Notes: a model not told the origin generated them from the letters alone. DNA of 63,438 nucleotides from Anaerolineae bacterium (GCA_027021705.1 JALUTT010000028.1:1-63438); one strand, 5' to 3'. Shown: positions 45,053-57,183, numbered from the stretch's first letter. Program-made: numbers and translations.

Positions 45053-45613
45053 TCACCGCGCCACCCGCAACCAGACCATCCCGATGACCAGGAAGGTCAG
45101 GATCAGCCCGCTCAGCAAGGAAGGCGGCAGCAGCGGGATCATCATCTGAGCCGTCGGCGTCAGCTCCATACGGAACCAAGAGAAGCGCTGGATGGGATAG
45201 CCGTACCGATCTAGGTAGAACCAGACCGTCCCGCCCACCAGATAGCCGTTCACCGCCCCCACCAGCCAGCCCAACAGCACCCCCAGCGGCCCCTTGGGAG
45301 GCGTGCCCTGGAAGGCCAGCGTCTCTCCGTGGTACGAGGCGAAGGTGGTGATGACCACCAACAGGGTGTAGAGGGCGACCAGGGCCAGCCGGCTCCCCTG
45401 GAAATCCAGGGTCATCACCCCCGTCCGAGCGATCAGATCGGCCAGGAGCCCGGGCAGACGCTCCGTGCCTATCAGCGCCTCCAACTGGGTGAAGAAGAGG
45501 AGGAGCACCAACAGGGGAAGGGTCACCCCCAACTCCTTGAGGAACCCCCGACCGACGCCGATGAGTCCGAAAATGAGGATGATCAGCACCAGGAAGAACT
45601 CAAGACCGGCCAC
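45053..45613 (-). CDS. Membrane protein, CvpA-like
   Basis: G..RGFLKEL and LGWLVGAVNG patterns, about 5 TM. Confidence 0.6.
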   Translation of the reverse strand: MAGLEFFLVLIILIFGLIGVGRGFLKELGVTLPLLVLLLFFTQLEALIGTERLPGLLADLIARTGVMTLDFQGSRLALVALYTLLVVITTFASYHGETLAFQGTPPKGPLGVLLGWLVGAVNGYLVGGTVWFYLDRYGYPIQRFSWFRMELTPTAQMMIPLLPPSLLSGLILTFLVIGMVWLRVAR

Positions 45614-45643
45614 CGTCGTTTCCCTTTCTCGCGAGCCTCCACG

Positions 45644-46252
45644 TCACCGCGACGCACGAATGCCGAAGATGAACACGATGAAGAGGGCGATGGCCAACAC
45701 CTGGCCCACATTGACCCGCGTCTGCAGCATCCCGGAGATCTCCCCCGCCGGCACGGCGAAAGAGATCACGCGCTGGGCGATCAGACGCGGGAAGACGAAG
45801 AGGAGCACCAGGTAGCCCGTCACCCCACCGACGACGAACCCCATCGCCCGATCCAGGCGGCTAACCCCCCAGCCCTTCCGCTGTCCCCACCATCCCCCTG
45901 CGCCGTAACTGAGGGCGAGGAGGAGGATGAAGAGCAGAGCCTCGACGATCTCCTGCCCCCTGGCCCCGTCCAGAGGGGTCGGCGCGTTAGCTACCTGGAC
46001 CCAGACGTCCGGGGGGTTATCGGCGATCAGTCCTCCCCGCACGATGAAAGCGATCATCCGGTAGAAGCGGACGAACAAAGGCTGCGCAGCAGCCCCCAAC
46101 CCGTTGACCAGGACTACCGCCACGACAGCCGTAGCCAGGACAATAAGCTCCCGGTTGACCCCTCGCCGGGCACCGATGTAGGCGAAGAGGAGAACCACCA
46201 GCGCGACGACCCAAATCTGGGCGATGACGATCTGCTGAGCTTCCTGGGCCAT
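45644..46252 (-). CDS. Membrane protein, CvpA-like
   Basis: GARRGVNREL and LDRAMGFVVG patterns, about 5 TM. Confidence 0.6.
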   Translation of the reverse strand: MAQEAQQIVIAQIWVVALVVLLFAYIGARRGVNRELIVLATAVVAVVLVNGLGAAAQPLFVRFYRMIAFIVRGGLIADNPPDVWVQVANAPTPLDGARGQEIVEALLFILLLALSYGAGGWWGQRKGWGVSRLDRAMGFVVGGVTGYLVLLFVFPRLIAQRVISFAVPAGEISGMLQTRVNVGQVLAIALFIVFIFGIRASR

Positions 46253-46363
46253 AGCCTTTCCTCTCGATGGTTCAGCGATGAGAACATCAGCAAACGTATG
46301 GCACGAATCGGCGCTCCGCTCCTACGCCGGCCACCGGCCCGTCAGCCGCCACACCACCGGCCG

Positions 46364-47479
46364 CTACGCCGCCAGCCGAACCAGCTCCTTCGCCAGGCGA
46401 GAGGCCGCCTCCGGCCGGGCCAGCGCCCGAGCCCGTTCCCGCATCGCCGTCAGCCGCCCCCCGTCGGTCAGGACCTCCCGCAGCAGGGGCCACAACCGCT
46501 CTCCCATCTCCCCATCGTCAAGGCGGAGGGCCGCGCCCTGCTCGACCAGGTAGTCGGCGTTCACCCGCTGGTAACGCCAGGCATACGGGTAGGGCACCAG
46601 GATGGCCGGCAGCCCGAAGAAGGGGAGCTCCCCCAAAGTGGAAGCCCCTGCCCGGGCCACTGCCAGGTCCGCCGCTGCCAGGGCCATCCCCATCTCCTCG
46701 TCGTGCAGGTAGTCGAAGAGATGGTAGCGGGCCTGCTGATCCGGCGAGAGCGCCGCCCGTCGCGCCCGGGCCTCGGCAGCATCCAGCCGACCGCTGATGT
46801 GAATCACCCGGGCCAGCGCGAGCAGCGACGGCAGGATGGTCGCCAGCGCCCGGTTGATGCTCCGCGCCCCGTGGCTCCCGCCGAAGACGAGGAGCACCCG
46901 CTCCTCCGGCCCGATCCCGAAGTGGGCCCGGGCCACCTTCCGCGTGATGGTGGCGAAGCAGGGCCGCACCGGATAGCCGGTCACGACCACCTTTTCGGCC
47001 GGCAGGTAGCGCCGCGATGCCTCGGCCGTCACCGCCACCCGGGTCGCCAGCCGGCTCAGCACCCGGATGGCCAGGCCGGGCTCGATGTCGGGCAGGTAGA
47101 CCAGGATGGGCACCCGCCGCAGCCGGGCGGCCAGGGCCACCGGCACGCTCACGTACCCGCCGGTGACGAAGAGGGCAGCGGGCCGGAACCGTCCGATGAT
47201 GCGCCAGGCCTGGGCGAAGCCCCGCAACAGCCGCACCACGTTGCCGGGCAGCCGGCGCCAACCGACCCCGTGAAGGCCGCCGCCATGGACGGTGACCAGG
47301 GGCAGGCCGGCCCGCCGGACCAACTCCACCTCCCGTCCCCCCACGCTGCCCACATATAGGAAGTCTGGGGAGGACGCCGATCCTGCCGCCCCCTCCCCCC
47401 TTCCCCGCAGGGCCTCAACGACGGCCAGGGCGGGATAGACGTGTCCGCCGGTCCCACCCCCGCAGAAGAGCAGACGCAC
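46364..47479 (-). CDS. murG: Lipid I N-acetylglucosamine transferase
   Basis: GGGTGGHVYP, GGYVS, GGSHGA, RAGAST, Q..NA. Confidence 0.95.
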   Translation of the reverse strand: MRLLFCGGGTGGHVYPALAVVEALRGRGEGAAGSASSPDFLYVGSVGGREVELVRRAGLPLVTVHGGGLHGVGWRRLPGNVVRLLRGFAQAWRIIGRFRPAALFVTGGYVSVPVALAARLRRVPILVYLPDIEPGLAIRVLSRLATRVAVTAEASRRYLPAEKVVVTGYPVRPCFATITRKVARAHFGIGPEERVLLVFGGSHGARSINRALATILPSLLALARVIHISGRLDAAEARARRAALSPDQQARYHLFDYLHDEEMGMALAAADLAVARAGASTLGELPFFGLPAILVPYPYAWRYQRVNADYLVEQGAALRLDDGEMGERLWPLLREVLTDGGRLTAMRERARALARPEAASRLAKELVRLAA

Positions 47480-48617
47480 GACCTTCCACCTCCAGGCGGC
47501 TCCCCCGAGAGACGCTCAGCAGCACCCCAACGGCGGCCAGACAGGAGACCAGCGACGAGCCGCCGGCGCTGAGGAAGGGGAGCGGGATGCCGGTGAAGGG
47601 CACCACCGCCGTCATCACCGCGATGTTGATCAACGTCTGAAAGACGAGCCAGAAGGTGATGCCGGAGGCCAGCAGCGCCCCGAAGCCATCGCGCGCCTCC
47701 AGGGCGATCTTGAAGCCCCGCTGGGCCAGCAGGGCGAAGAGCCCGATGACCAGCAGGCAGCCCACCAGCCCCAACTCCTCCCCCACCACGGCGAAGATGC
47801 TGTCGGTGTGGGGGGCCGGCAGGTAGCCGAACTTCTGGTAGCCGGCCCCCAGCCCTCGCCCGAAGATGCCGCCGGAGCCCAGGGCGATCAGCGCCTGACG
47901 GACGTGGTGGCTGGCCTGCTCCGGGCGCTGCCAGGCCGCCACGTAGTCGGCCAGCCGCTGCGAGGCGTGGGCCGAGTGGGTGATCAGCAGGTAGAAGGTC
48001 CCCCCACCGACCAGCCCTCCGATGAGGATCTGCAACAGGTCGGCGCCGGCGACGAAGAACATCGCCCCGGCCACCAGGGCGATCAGGATCGCCGTGCTGA
48101 AGTCGGGCTCCAGGACGATGAGGCCGACCACCACGCCGATGAGCACCGAGAAGGGGATCAAGCCGTAGGTGATGCGGCGCAGCTTCTCCCCCTTCGAGGA
48201 GAGCCAGGCCGCCACGTAGATGACGATGGCCAGTTTGGCCGGCTCGCTGGGCTGCAACGACCCCCGCAGGAGGGTCCGCCGGGCCCCAAAGGTCTCATCC
48301 CCCACCAGGAGGACCAGGACCAACGCCCCGATGGCCAGCACCAGCACCGGCACGGCCAGCCGTCGCCACCAGCCGTAGTCCACCCGGGAGAGCACCGCCA
48401 TCCCCACCAGCCCCAGCGCCGCCCAGACCATCTGACGGAGGAAGAAGGTCAGCGGATTCCCCGTGGCCTGGTAGGCCCAGTCAAAGGTGGTGCTGTAGAC
48501 CATCATCAGCCCGATGGCCAGCAGCGCCAGCGTCACCAGGACCAGGAGGTAATCGCTTCGCCGGGCTGCCGTCCGGGCCCGCTCAATTCGCCGTATCGTA
48601 ACCCCTGTTGTCGCCAT
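47415..48617 (-). CDS. ftsW: SEDS peptidoglycan polymerase FtsW
   Basis: QPSE..K, EPDFST, HTDSIF..GEELG, TGIPLPFLSAGGSS. Confidence 0.93.
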   Translation of the reverse strand: MATTGVTIRRIERARTAARRSDYLLVLVTLALLAIGLMMVYSTTFDWAYQATGNPLTFFLRQMVWAALGLVGMAVLSRVDYGWWRRLAVPVLVLAIGALVLVLLVGDETFGARRTLLRGSLQPSEPAKLAIVIYVAAWLSSKGEKLRRITYGLIPFSVLIGVVVGLIVLEPDFSTAILIALVAGAMFFVAGADLLQILIGGLVGGGTFYLLITHSAHASQRLADYVAAWQRPEQASHHVRQALIALGSGGIFGRGLGAGYQKFGYLPAPHTDSIFAVVGEELGLVGCLLVIGLFALLAQRGFKIALEARDGFGALLASGITFWLVFQTLINIAVMTAVVPFTGIPLPFLSAGGSSLVSCLAAVGVLLSVSRGSRLEVEGRASALLRGWDRRTRLSRPGRR

Positions 48618-48650
48618 CCTTCAACCCCCCAACGCCTTACTCCAGACCCC

Positions 48651-50051
48651 CTACTCCAACTCCCTCACCAACTCCTGGAAGCGGTCTCCCCGCTCGGCGA
48701 AATCCCGGAAGGCGTCGAAACTGGTGCCACCGGGGGAGAGCAGCACCACCTCGCCCGGACGGGCGATCCGGGCCGCCACCTCCACCGCCTCCTCCAGCGT
48801 CTCGACGCGGGTGATCCCCTCCAGCAGCGGGCTTTCCCCGCCGTTGGAGGGGGCGGCCTCCCGCACCACCCGCTCGATCATCGCCGCTGCCTCACCGAAG
48901 GTGATCAGATGACGCACCTTCTGCCAGGTCAAGCGGGCCATCTCCTCCCAGGGGAGGTCCTTGTCCCGCCCACCGGCCAGCAGCACGATGGGCTCGTCGA
49001 AAGAGCGAAGGGCTGCCACCGTCCGTTCTGGCGCGGTGGCGATGGAATCGTCGTAGTAGCGGACCCCCCGCATCTCCCGGACCAGTTGCAGCCGGTGGGG
49101 CACGCCCCGAAAGGTAGTCGTGATCTCCCGGATAGCCTCCAGCGGGACGCGGACGACGGCGGCCAGGGCGCTGGCCGCCAACACGTTCAGCACGTTGTGT
49201 CGGCCCAGCAGCCGGATCTCCGACGTGGAGCAGACCACCCGCTCCCGTCCGTCCAGGCGAACCACCACCTGGTCGCCCCGCAGGAAAGCCCCTTCTTCCA
49301 CCGGCTCTTGCAGGCTGAAGTAGAGGAGCCGCCCCCGCACCAGCGGGGCCAGGGCCCGCGCGCCGGGATCGTCGTAGCCCAGGAGGGCCACATCTCCCGG
49401 CCCCTGGAAGGTCAGAATGTGAGCCTTGGCCGCCGTGTAAGCTTCCATCGTCTTATGGCGGTCCAGGTGGTTGGGCGTGATGTTCAGGACGGCGGCGACC
49501 TCTGGACTGACGGTCATCAGCTCCAGTTGAAAGCTGGAAAGCTCCAGCGCCACCCGATCCGTCGGCTTCATCTCGAAGAGGTGGTCCACCAACGGGCGAC
49601 CGATGTTGCCCCCCACCCAAGTGAGGAAGCGGCCCCGCTGGAGCATCCGTCCCACCAAGGCTGTCGTCGTCGTCTTGCCGCTGGAGCCGGTGATCCCGAT
49701 GACCAGGCCCGGACAGCGCTCCAGGAAGAGCTGGGCGTCGTTGCTCAAGGGGATGCCTCGGCGCACCGCCTCGCGAACGATGGGGATGTCCGGCGGGACA
49801 CCCCCGCTCAGGCAGAGCAGGTCGGTGCCCTCGAGCAGGCTCAGGGGGTGCTCGCCCAGCACGTAGCGGATGGGGAGCCCCCGCAGCGTCTCCAGGTAGG
49901 AGGCGAGAGCGGCCGCCGGCTTCAGGTCGGAGATGATGACCCGCGCTCCCTGCCCCACCAGGAAGCGGGCCATGGCCGTCCCCTGCCGGGCCAGCCCCAG
50001 GATGACCACCTGCTTTCCCCGCAACGGTGTACGCCTTCGGTGTCGTATCAA
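48651..50051 (-). CDS. murD: UDP-N-acetylmuramoyl-L-alanine--D-glutamate ligase
   Basis: GSSGKTTT, ELSSFQL, NHLDRH, LLSPGGTSFD; start estimated at TTG 50051. Confidence 0.93.
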   Translation of the reverse strand: MIRHRRRTPLRGKQVVILGLARQGTAMARFLVGQGARVIISDLKPAAALASYLETLRGLPIRYVLGEHPLSLLEGTDLLCLSGGVPPDIPIVREAVRRGIPLSNDAQLFLERCPGLVIGITGSSGKTTTTALVGRMLQRGRFLTWVGGNIGRPLVDHLFEMKPTDRVALELSSFQLELMTVSPEVAAVLNITPNHLDRHKTMEAYTAAKAHILTFQGPGDVALLGYDDPGARALAPLVRGRLLYFSLQEPVEEGAFLRGDQVVVRLDGRERVVCSTSEIRLLGRHNVLNVLAASALAAVVRVPLEAIREITTTFRGVPHRLQLVREMRGVRYYDDSIATAPERTVAALRSFDEPIVLLAGGRDKDLPWEEMARLTWQKVRHLITFGEAAAMIERVVREAAPSNGGESPLLEGITRVETLEEAVEVAARIARPGEVVLLSPGGTSFDAFRDFAERGDRFQELVRELE

Positions 50052-50071
50052 CGTCCTTCGACTCCCCCAAC

Positions 50072-51055
50072 TCAAAGGATCGCCAGAGCAACGCCCAGCA
50101 TCGCCGACATCAGCCCCACGAGCCAGAAGCGCTGCACTACTTGGGTCTCCGACCAGCCCAGCAACTCGAAGTGGTGGTGCAAAGGGCTCATCTTGAAGAG
50201 CCGCTTGCCCCCCGTCCATTTGAAGTAAGCGACCTGCAGGATCACCGACAACGCTTCGGCCACCGGGATCACGGCCACGACGGGCAGGACGAGCCACTGA
50301 CCGCTCATCAGGGCCACGACGGCCAGTGTCGCCCCCAGGGAGAGGGACCCTGTGTCCCCCATAAAGAGCTCGGCCGGGTGGGCATTGTACCAGAGAAAGG
50401 CGAAACAGGCACCCACCACGGTGAAGCTGAAGCGGGCCAGGTAAGTCCAGCCCTGCAGGAAGGCGATGACGCCATAGGCAGCGAAAGCGCTGCCCACGAT
50501 GATGCCGGCCAGCCCATCGAGGCCATCGGTCAGGTTGACGGCGTTGGCCGTGCCCACGATGATAAAGGTGGCGATGGGCACGTAGAGCAGCCCGATGTCA
50601 ATGCTCTGGGGCACCCCCGGCAGGGCGACCCGCCGATAGCCCAGGCCGAAGTGGAGGGCCAGGGCGGTGGCCAGGGCCAGGCCGATCTGGATGGGGAACT
50701 TCCAGCGGGCCGGCAGGCTCTCCCCGTGCCGGTAGCCGCGCACCCCCAAGTAGTCGTCCACCGCCCCCAGCAGGGCGAAGCTCAGCATCACCCCCATCGG
50801 GACCAGGATGGAACGCCCGATGACCGTCCGACCCAGCAGGTTGGCTACGTTCAACGCCGCCGTGATGAAGAGCACCGGGATGACGATAAGCAGCCCGCCC
50901 ATCGTCGGCGTGCCCATCTTCACCCGGTGGGTGGAGGGGCCGTTGATGCGGATCTGTTTGCCGATCCGGTGCTCCCGCAGCCAGCGGATGAGGGGACCTC
51001 CCCACACCACGGCCAGCAGGAAGGAAAGGCTGCTCAGGGCCAGGGCAAAACCCAT
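50072..51055 (-). CDS. mraY: Phospho-N-acetylmuramoyl-pentapeptide transferase
   Basis: TPTMGG, NLTDGLDGL, FMGDTGS, PLHHHFE. Confidence 0.96.
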   Translation of the reverse strand: MGFALALSSLSFLLAVVWGGPLIRWLREHRIGKQIRINGPSTHRVKMGTPTMGGLLIVIPVLFITAALNVANLLGRTVIGRSILVPMGVMLSFALLGAVDDYLGVRGYRHGESLPARWKFPIQIGLALATALALHFGLGYRRVALPGVPQSIDIGLLYVPIATFIIVGTANAVNLTDGLDGLAGIIVGSAFAAYGVIAFLQGWTYLARFSFTVVGACFAFLWYNAHPAELFMGDTGSLSLGATLAVVALMSGQWLVLPVVAVIPVAEALSVILQVAYFKWTGGKRLFKMSPLHHHFELLGWSETQVVQRFWLVGLMSAMLGVALAIL

Positions 51056-51110
51056 AGGATAACCTGCCTCACGGCCAGCGGCCAGCGGTCGGCGGTTCGC
51101 CCACCGCCCG

Positions 51111-52565
51111 CTATCCGGCAGCCGCCGTCGGGGTCTCGGCCTCCCAGACCGGGACGACCAGCGCGTTGACGATTTCCTCCATCCGCATCGCCCGGGACCC
51201 CTTCACCAGCACCACGTCGCCGGGCTGCAGACGTTCCCGAAGCAGGGCGGTCGCCGCTTCGTTACTCTCCAAGATGTAGACCCGGTCGCCGGGCATGCCA
51301 CAACGCAGCGCCTCCTCGCCGATCAGCCGCCCCAGCCGGCCGACGGTGATGAGCAGGTCGGCCACGTCCATCGCCCGCCGGCCTACCTTGCGATGCCCTT
51401 CGACCTCATAGGAGCCCAACTCCAGCATATCCCCTAGGACGGCAATTTTACGCCCTTCCAGTTCGGCCAACAAGTTTAGCGCCGCGATGGTGGAGGCGGG
51501 ACTGGCGTTGTAGGTGTCATCAAGGATGGTCGAGCCGCGCAGCCCCGGCACCGCCACCAGGCGCAGTTGAGGCGCTCCCCTTTGCAACCCCTCCACGATC
51601 TCCTGCCAGCTCTCTCCTTCCACCAGCCCAACGGCTGCCGCCCGCAGGGCCGTATGCACGCTGTGCCGGCCCAGCAGCGGCACCCGCAGATGCAGCGTCT
51701 CCCCCTGGTAGTGCAACTGAAAGCGAACCCCCTCCAGCCCCATGCTCACAATGTCACTGGCCCACAGGTCGGCCTGGGGGGAGAGGCCATAGGTGAGGAC
51801 CCTGGCCTCGGTCCGCTCCGCCATCGCCAGCACCCGGGGGTCATCGTAGTTCAGGATGGCGACGCCCTCAGGGGCCGGCGGCAGCGCCTCGACCAGCTCC
51901 GCCTTGGCCTGAGCGATCCGCTCCAGGCTGCCCGCCCGCTCCAGGTGGACCGGCCCCACGTTGGTCACCACCCCCACGTGGGGCAAGGCGATCTCGGCCA
52001 GGGCTGCGATCTCCCCCACGTCGTACATCCCCATCTCCAGCACGACCCGCTCGTGGGCCGGCGTCAATTGGAGCAGGGTCAACGGAAGGCCGATCTCGTT
52101 GTTGTAGCTCCCTCGGCTGCGCAGGGTCTTGTAGCGGCGGGCCAGGACGGCAGCCGTCAGCTCCTTGGTCGTCGTCTTCCCCACGCTGCCGGTGATGCCG
52201 ATGACCCGGGGAGAGTGCAACCGCCGCCAGAAAGCGGCCAGCTTCTGGAGGGCCTCCAAGCTGCTCTCCACCCGCAGGCAGAGGGGCAACTCCAGGGAGG
52301 CCGGCGCCGGCTCCAGCCCCCCCCGCAGGTCCACCCGCTGGCAGTCCAGGACCAGATCGTCCTCGACGATGGCGGCGATGGCCCCTCGGGCAAAGGCCTC
52401 TGCCACGTAGGCGTGGCCGTGGGTCCGCTCCCCCTGCAGCGCGATGAAGAGACAACCCGGGATCACCAGGCGGGAGTCAATGACCACGTCGGTGACCGGC
52501 TGCTGGGCTCCCAACGTCGTCTTCTGCCCGGTTATCGCCTCGAAGATGTTGGCCAACGTCAGCAT
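51111..52565 (-). CDS. murF: UDP-N-acetylmuramoyl-tripeptide--D-Ala-D-Ala ligase
   Basis: GSVGKTTTKE, NNEIGLP, DDTYNASP, GDMLELG, KGSR. Confidence 0.95.
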   Translation of the reverse strand: MLTLANIFEAITGQKTTLGAQQPVTDVVIDSRLVIPGCLFIALQGERTHGHAYVAEAFARGAIAAIVEDDLVLDCQRVDLRGGLEPAPASLELPLCLRVESSLEALQKLAAFWRRLHSPRVIGITGSVGKTTTKELTAAVLARRYKTLRSRGSYNNEIGLPLTLLQLTPAHERVVLEMGMYDVGEIAALAEIALPHVGVVTNVGPVHLERAGSLERIAQAKAELVEALPPAPEGVAILNYDDPRVLAMAERTEARVLTYGLSPQADLWASDIVSMGLEGVRFQLHYQGETLHLRVPLLGRHSVHTALRAAAVGLVEGESWQEIVEGLQRGAPQLRLVAVPGLRGSTILDDTYNASPASTIAALNLLAELEGRKIAVLGDMLELGSYEVEGHRKVGRRAMDVADLLITVGRLGRLIGEEALRCGMPGDRVYILESNEAATALLRERLQPGDVVLVKGSRAMRMEEIVNALVVPVWEAETPTAAAG

Positions 52566-52598
52566 AGGTGCGTTCCGTGCCGGATATGGAGGGTTCCG

Positions 52599-54275
52599 TC
52601 AGGACGGCGGGATGCCCAGGAGGACGAAGAGACGTGCCGCCAGCCGCCCGAAGACCGGTGCCGCCGTCTGAGAGCCCCAGGGAGAGCTCTTCGGCTTGTC
52701 CAGCCGGACCAGGATGATCAGGCGGGGGTCCTCGGCCGGCCCATAACCCACGAAGGAGGCGATGGTCTGCTGCGGATCGTAGCCGCCGGGGATGGGCACC
52801 TGGGCTGTGCCCGTCTTACCGGCGATGGTGTACCCCTCCACCTGGGCCTGGGGCACCTCCCGCGCCACCGCTTCCACCAGCATCTGGGTTAGGGTGCGGG
52901 CCGTCTCCTGGGAGATGGCCCGTCCCTGGACGGCAGGCCGCGCCCGAACGACCCGCCCGTCGGGCCAGCGCTGCTCCGCCACCACGTAGGGCCGCATCAG
53001 CAGCCCATCGTTGGCCACCGCCGCCACCGCCACGATCATCTGCAAGGGGGTGACCGCCAGCCCCTGCCCGAAGGCGTTCGTGCCCAGGTCCGACTCGTGC
53101 CAGGTCGGATCGCTGGGCAGGCGCAGCTCGCCGGCCACCTCGCCCTCCAGGTCCACCCCCGTGGGCCGGTCAACGCCAAAAGCGCGGATGCCCTGGTAGA
53201 AGGCAGGGGGCCCCAGCAGGGTCGCCAGCCGGGCGACACCCACGTTGAGGGAGTAGGCCAGGACATCGGCCATCGTCACCCAGCCGTAAGCCTGCCGGTC
53301 CCAGTTGCGGATCACCTGCCCGCCGACCTCGATCTCCCCCTGGTCCTGGTAGCCGCTCTCCGGCGTGACCAGGCCCGCCTCCAGGGCCACGGCCATCGTC
53401 AGAATCTTGAAGACAGAGCCCGGTTCGTACTGAGCCCCCACCGCCAGGTTGACGAACTGCCGTTCCTCAGCCTCGAAGTAGCGGTTGGGATCGTAGGTGG
53501 GACGGGCAGCCAGGGCCAGGATGCGCCCTGTGCGGGGGTCCATCACGATGATGCAGCCCTGTTCCGCCCCCGTCTCCTCCAGCGCCCGGTCTAACTCCGC
53601 CTCGACCACAGCCTGGACGGTCCAGTCCACCGTCAGCACCAGGTCGGCTCCGGGCCGGGGAGGATCGCCCTGGGCCAGGGAGAGGGGGATGCGCCCGCCA
53701 TAGGGATCCCGCCGGTCCACCCGCGTGCCTTGGCTTCCGGCCAGCTCTTGCTGATAGAAGCCCTCGACACCGTAGTACCCCACCTGTTCGGCGTTGACGA
53801 AGCCCAACAGGTGGGCCCCCAATGTTCCCTCGGGGTAAACACGCCGCCAGCGGGGGACGACATTGACGCCGGCCAGCCCCAGGCCGGCGATCTGCTCCCC
53901 CACGCCCTTCTCCACACGCGGGGCCAGGAGCACCCAACGCTGCTGCCGGGTGATGGCTTCCCAGAGGGAGAGAGGATCTCGTTGGAGGAGAGGGGCTAAA
54001 CGGATGGCAACGGCCACCGGATCGGCGACCAGTTCAGGAGTGACGGAGACCTCGTACTCCACCTGATTGCCGGCCACCAGGTGGCCTCGCTGGTCGTAGA
54101 TGCGCCCCCGCAATGGGGTGATCTCTCCCCGCCGGGTGTAAAGCGCCTCGGCTGCCTGGACCAGTTCGGCGTGACGAAAGAGCTGGACCTGGACCAGTTG
54201 CCCGACCAGCACCAGGCTCACCACCAGGCTGAGCCCTGCGATGAAAGCCAACCGCCTGCGAGGACGTTCCGCCAT
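52599..54275 (-). CDS. ftsI: Class B penicillin-binding protein (FtsI/PBP3-like)
   Basis: N-terminal TM, RGRIYD, EPGSVFK, SLN, KTGT. Confidence 0.88.
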   Translation of the reverse strand: MAERPRRRLAFIAGLSLVVSLVLVGQLVQVQLFRHAELVQAAEALYTRRGEITPLRGRIYDQRGHLVAGNQVEYEVSVTPELVADPVAVAIRLAPLLQRDPLSLWEAITRQQRWVLLAPRVEKGVGEQIAGLGLAGVNVVPRWRRVYPEGTLGAHLLGFVNAEQVGYYGVEGFYQQELAGSQGTRVDRRDPYGGRIPLSLAQGDPPRPGADLVLTVDWTVQAVVEAELDRALEETGAEQGCIIVMDPRTGRILALAARPTYDPNRYFEAEERQFVNLAVGAQYEPGSVFKILTMAVALEAGLVTPESGYQDQGEIEVGGQVIRNWDRQAYGWVTMADVLAYSLNVGVARLATLLGPPAFYQGIRAFGVDRPTGVDLEGEVAGELRLPSDPTWHESDLGTNAFGQGLAVTPLQMIVAVAAVANDGLLMRPYVVAEQRWPDGRVVRARPAVQGRAISQETARTLTQMLVEAVAREVPQAQVEGYTIAGKTGTAQVPIPGGYDPQQTIASFVGYGPAEDPRLIILVRLDKPKSSPWGSQTAAPVFGRLAARLFVLLGIPPS

Positions 54276-54320
54276 CTACACACTCGACCCAACAACTCGA
54301 CAACCCGACAAATCCCGACG

Positions 54321-56142
<1,822 letters not shown>

Positions 56143-56155
56143 TTGTTCTAAAGCG

Positions 56156-56245
56156 CCCCACCTAGCCTCAATTTTTGGCCCACTCCGCGCCACTTTGCCC
56201 CACAATCCCCCACAAACAACCTCATTATAACCCATTTCTCCCCAC
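56156..56245 (-). promoter_or_regulatory. dcw promoter with MraZ-binding GTGG(G) repeats
   Basis: Minus-strand TATAAT at 56224-56229; GTGG(G/C) boxes in 10-bp phase at 56179, 56189, 56199, 56209, plus boxes near 56157, 56231 and 56241. Confidence 0.8.
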
Positions 56246-56334
56246 TGCGCTAGTCCCCTCCCGCCTGTCTAGGGGCCAGCCTGGGCAATTTTAAGGTTAG
56301 AGGGTGCAAAATGGGGGCTTTGGGTAGGGGATAA

Positions 56335-56449
56335 AGGCATCGAGGCACCGAGGCACCGAGGCACCGAGGCACCGAGGCACCAAGGCACTGAGGGGCTACC
56401 CGACCGCTGACGGCCAACCGCCGACCGCCGAGGGACGACCGCCGACCAC
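56335..56449 (+). repeat. Mosaic tandem array (GAGGCACC x6-7, then CCGACCG units)
   Basis: Direct reading. Confidence 0.9.
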
Positions 56450-56980
56450 CTAGCCCAACCGTTCCCGCAACCAGCTCAGGACCTGACCGGGCAGGGCGTC
56501 CCGGTTCTCCCGGGTCACCTCCCAGAGGGTGATGCCGGGCATCATCTTGAGGGCGTCGGCCCAGGCGTTTTTCTTGGCCATGATTGTCGCCACCAGAGGA
56601 CGGGGTGAGAGGACGGCCCGCATCACCGCCTCCTTGAAGTTGCCGGAGAAGAGCTCCATCTTGCCGATCTCATCCACGATGATCACCTCCCGATCGGCCA
56701 GGGCCCGTTCAATGGCGGCCACCCCCACCCGGTCCAAGGCGGCCACATCCACCCCGTACCGTCCGACGCGGGGCCGGCCACCTCCCTTGAGCCGGACGTG
56801 GGCCAGGATGGTCTCCTCTCCGTCGAGGGTGATGAGGCGGAACCCCTTGCGCCCACCGGGCCCCCGAATCTCCTCGGTGTAGAAGCCGCCGGCCCGGTCC
56901 CCCAGAGCCTGAACCACAGCCTTGATGATGGTGGTCTTACCGATGCCAGGGCGCCCGGTCAACAGCAGCGTCGGTCCCAT
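56450..56980 (-). CDS. Nucleoside triphosphatase, THEP1/NTPase_1 family
   Basis: TGRPGIGKTT, GFYTEE.R, VGRY.V, DEIGKME. Confidence 0.9.
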   Translation of the reverse strand: MGPTLLLTGRPGIGKTTIIKAVVQALGDRAGGFYTEEIRGPGGRKGFRLITLDGEETILAHVRLKGGGRPRVGRYGVDVAALDRVGVAAIERALADREVIIVDEIGKMELFSGNFKEAVMRAVLSPRPLVATIMAKKNAWADALKMMPGITLWEVTRENRDALPGQVLSWLRERLG

Positions 56981-57023
56981 CGCACGCCTCCGCACCTCTC
57001 ACGATCTCTTTCAGCAACTGTTC

Positions 57024-57120
57024 ACCCTCCCGCAGGTTAGGCGCGTTTCCGACGCGAAACCGCGCTTCCAATAGCCCATCGGGGCTGAAAGCGCCCTCGA
57101 CCGGTGACCTGCAGGAGGAT
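57024..57120 (+). repeat. Inverted-repeat-bounded element, copy 5 (subfamily B)
   Basis: CCCTCCCGCAGGTT ... GTGACCTGCAGGAGGA; closely similar to copy 4 including flanks. Confidence 0.9.
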
Positions 57121-57152
57121 AGGCTGAATAGATACCTCTTTCAAATGGAATG

Positions 57153-57181
57153 AGTATAGCATATCCTGCCCACCCTGTCCA
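57153..57181 (-). promoter_or_regulatory. Putative promoter for the NTPase gene
   Basis: Minus strand TGGACA-17 bp-TATACT with TGn. Confidence 0.6.
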
Positions 57182-57183
57182 TG

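Noticed and set aside
28302..50228. Other long plus-strand ORFs (826, 623, 676, 806 aa) opposite the minus-strand operons
   Set aside because: They overlap confidently identified genes and show no family motifs
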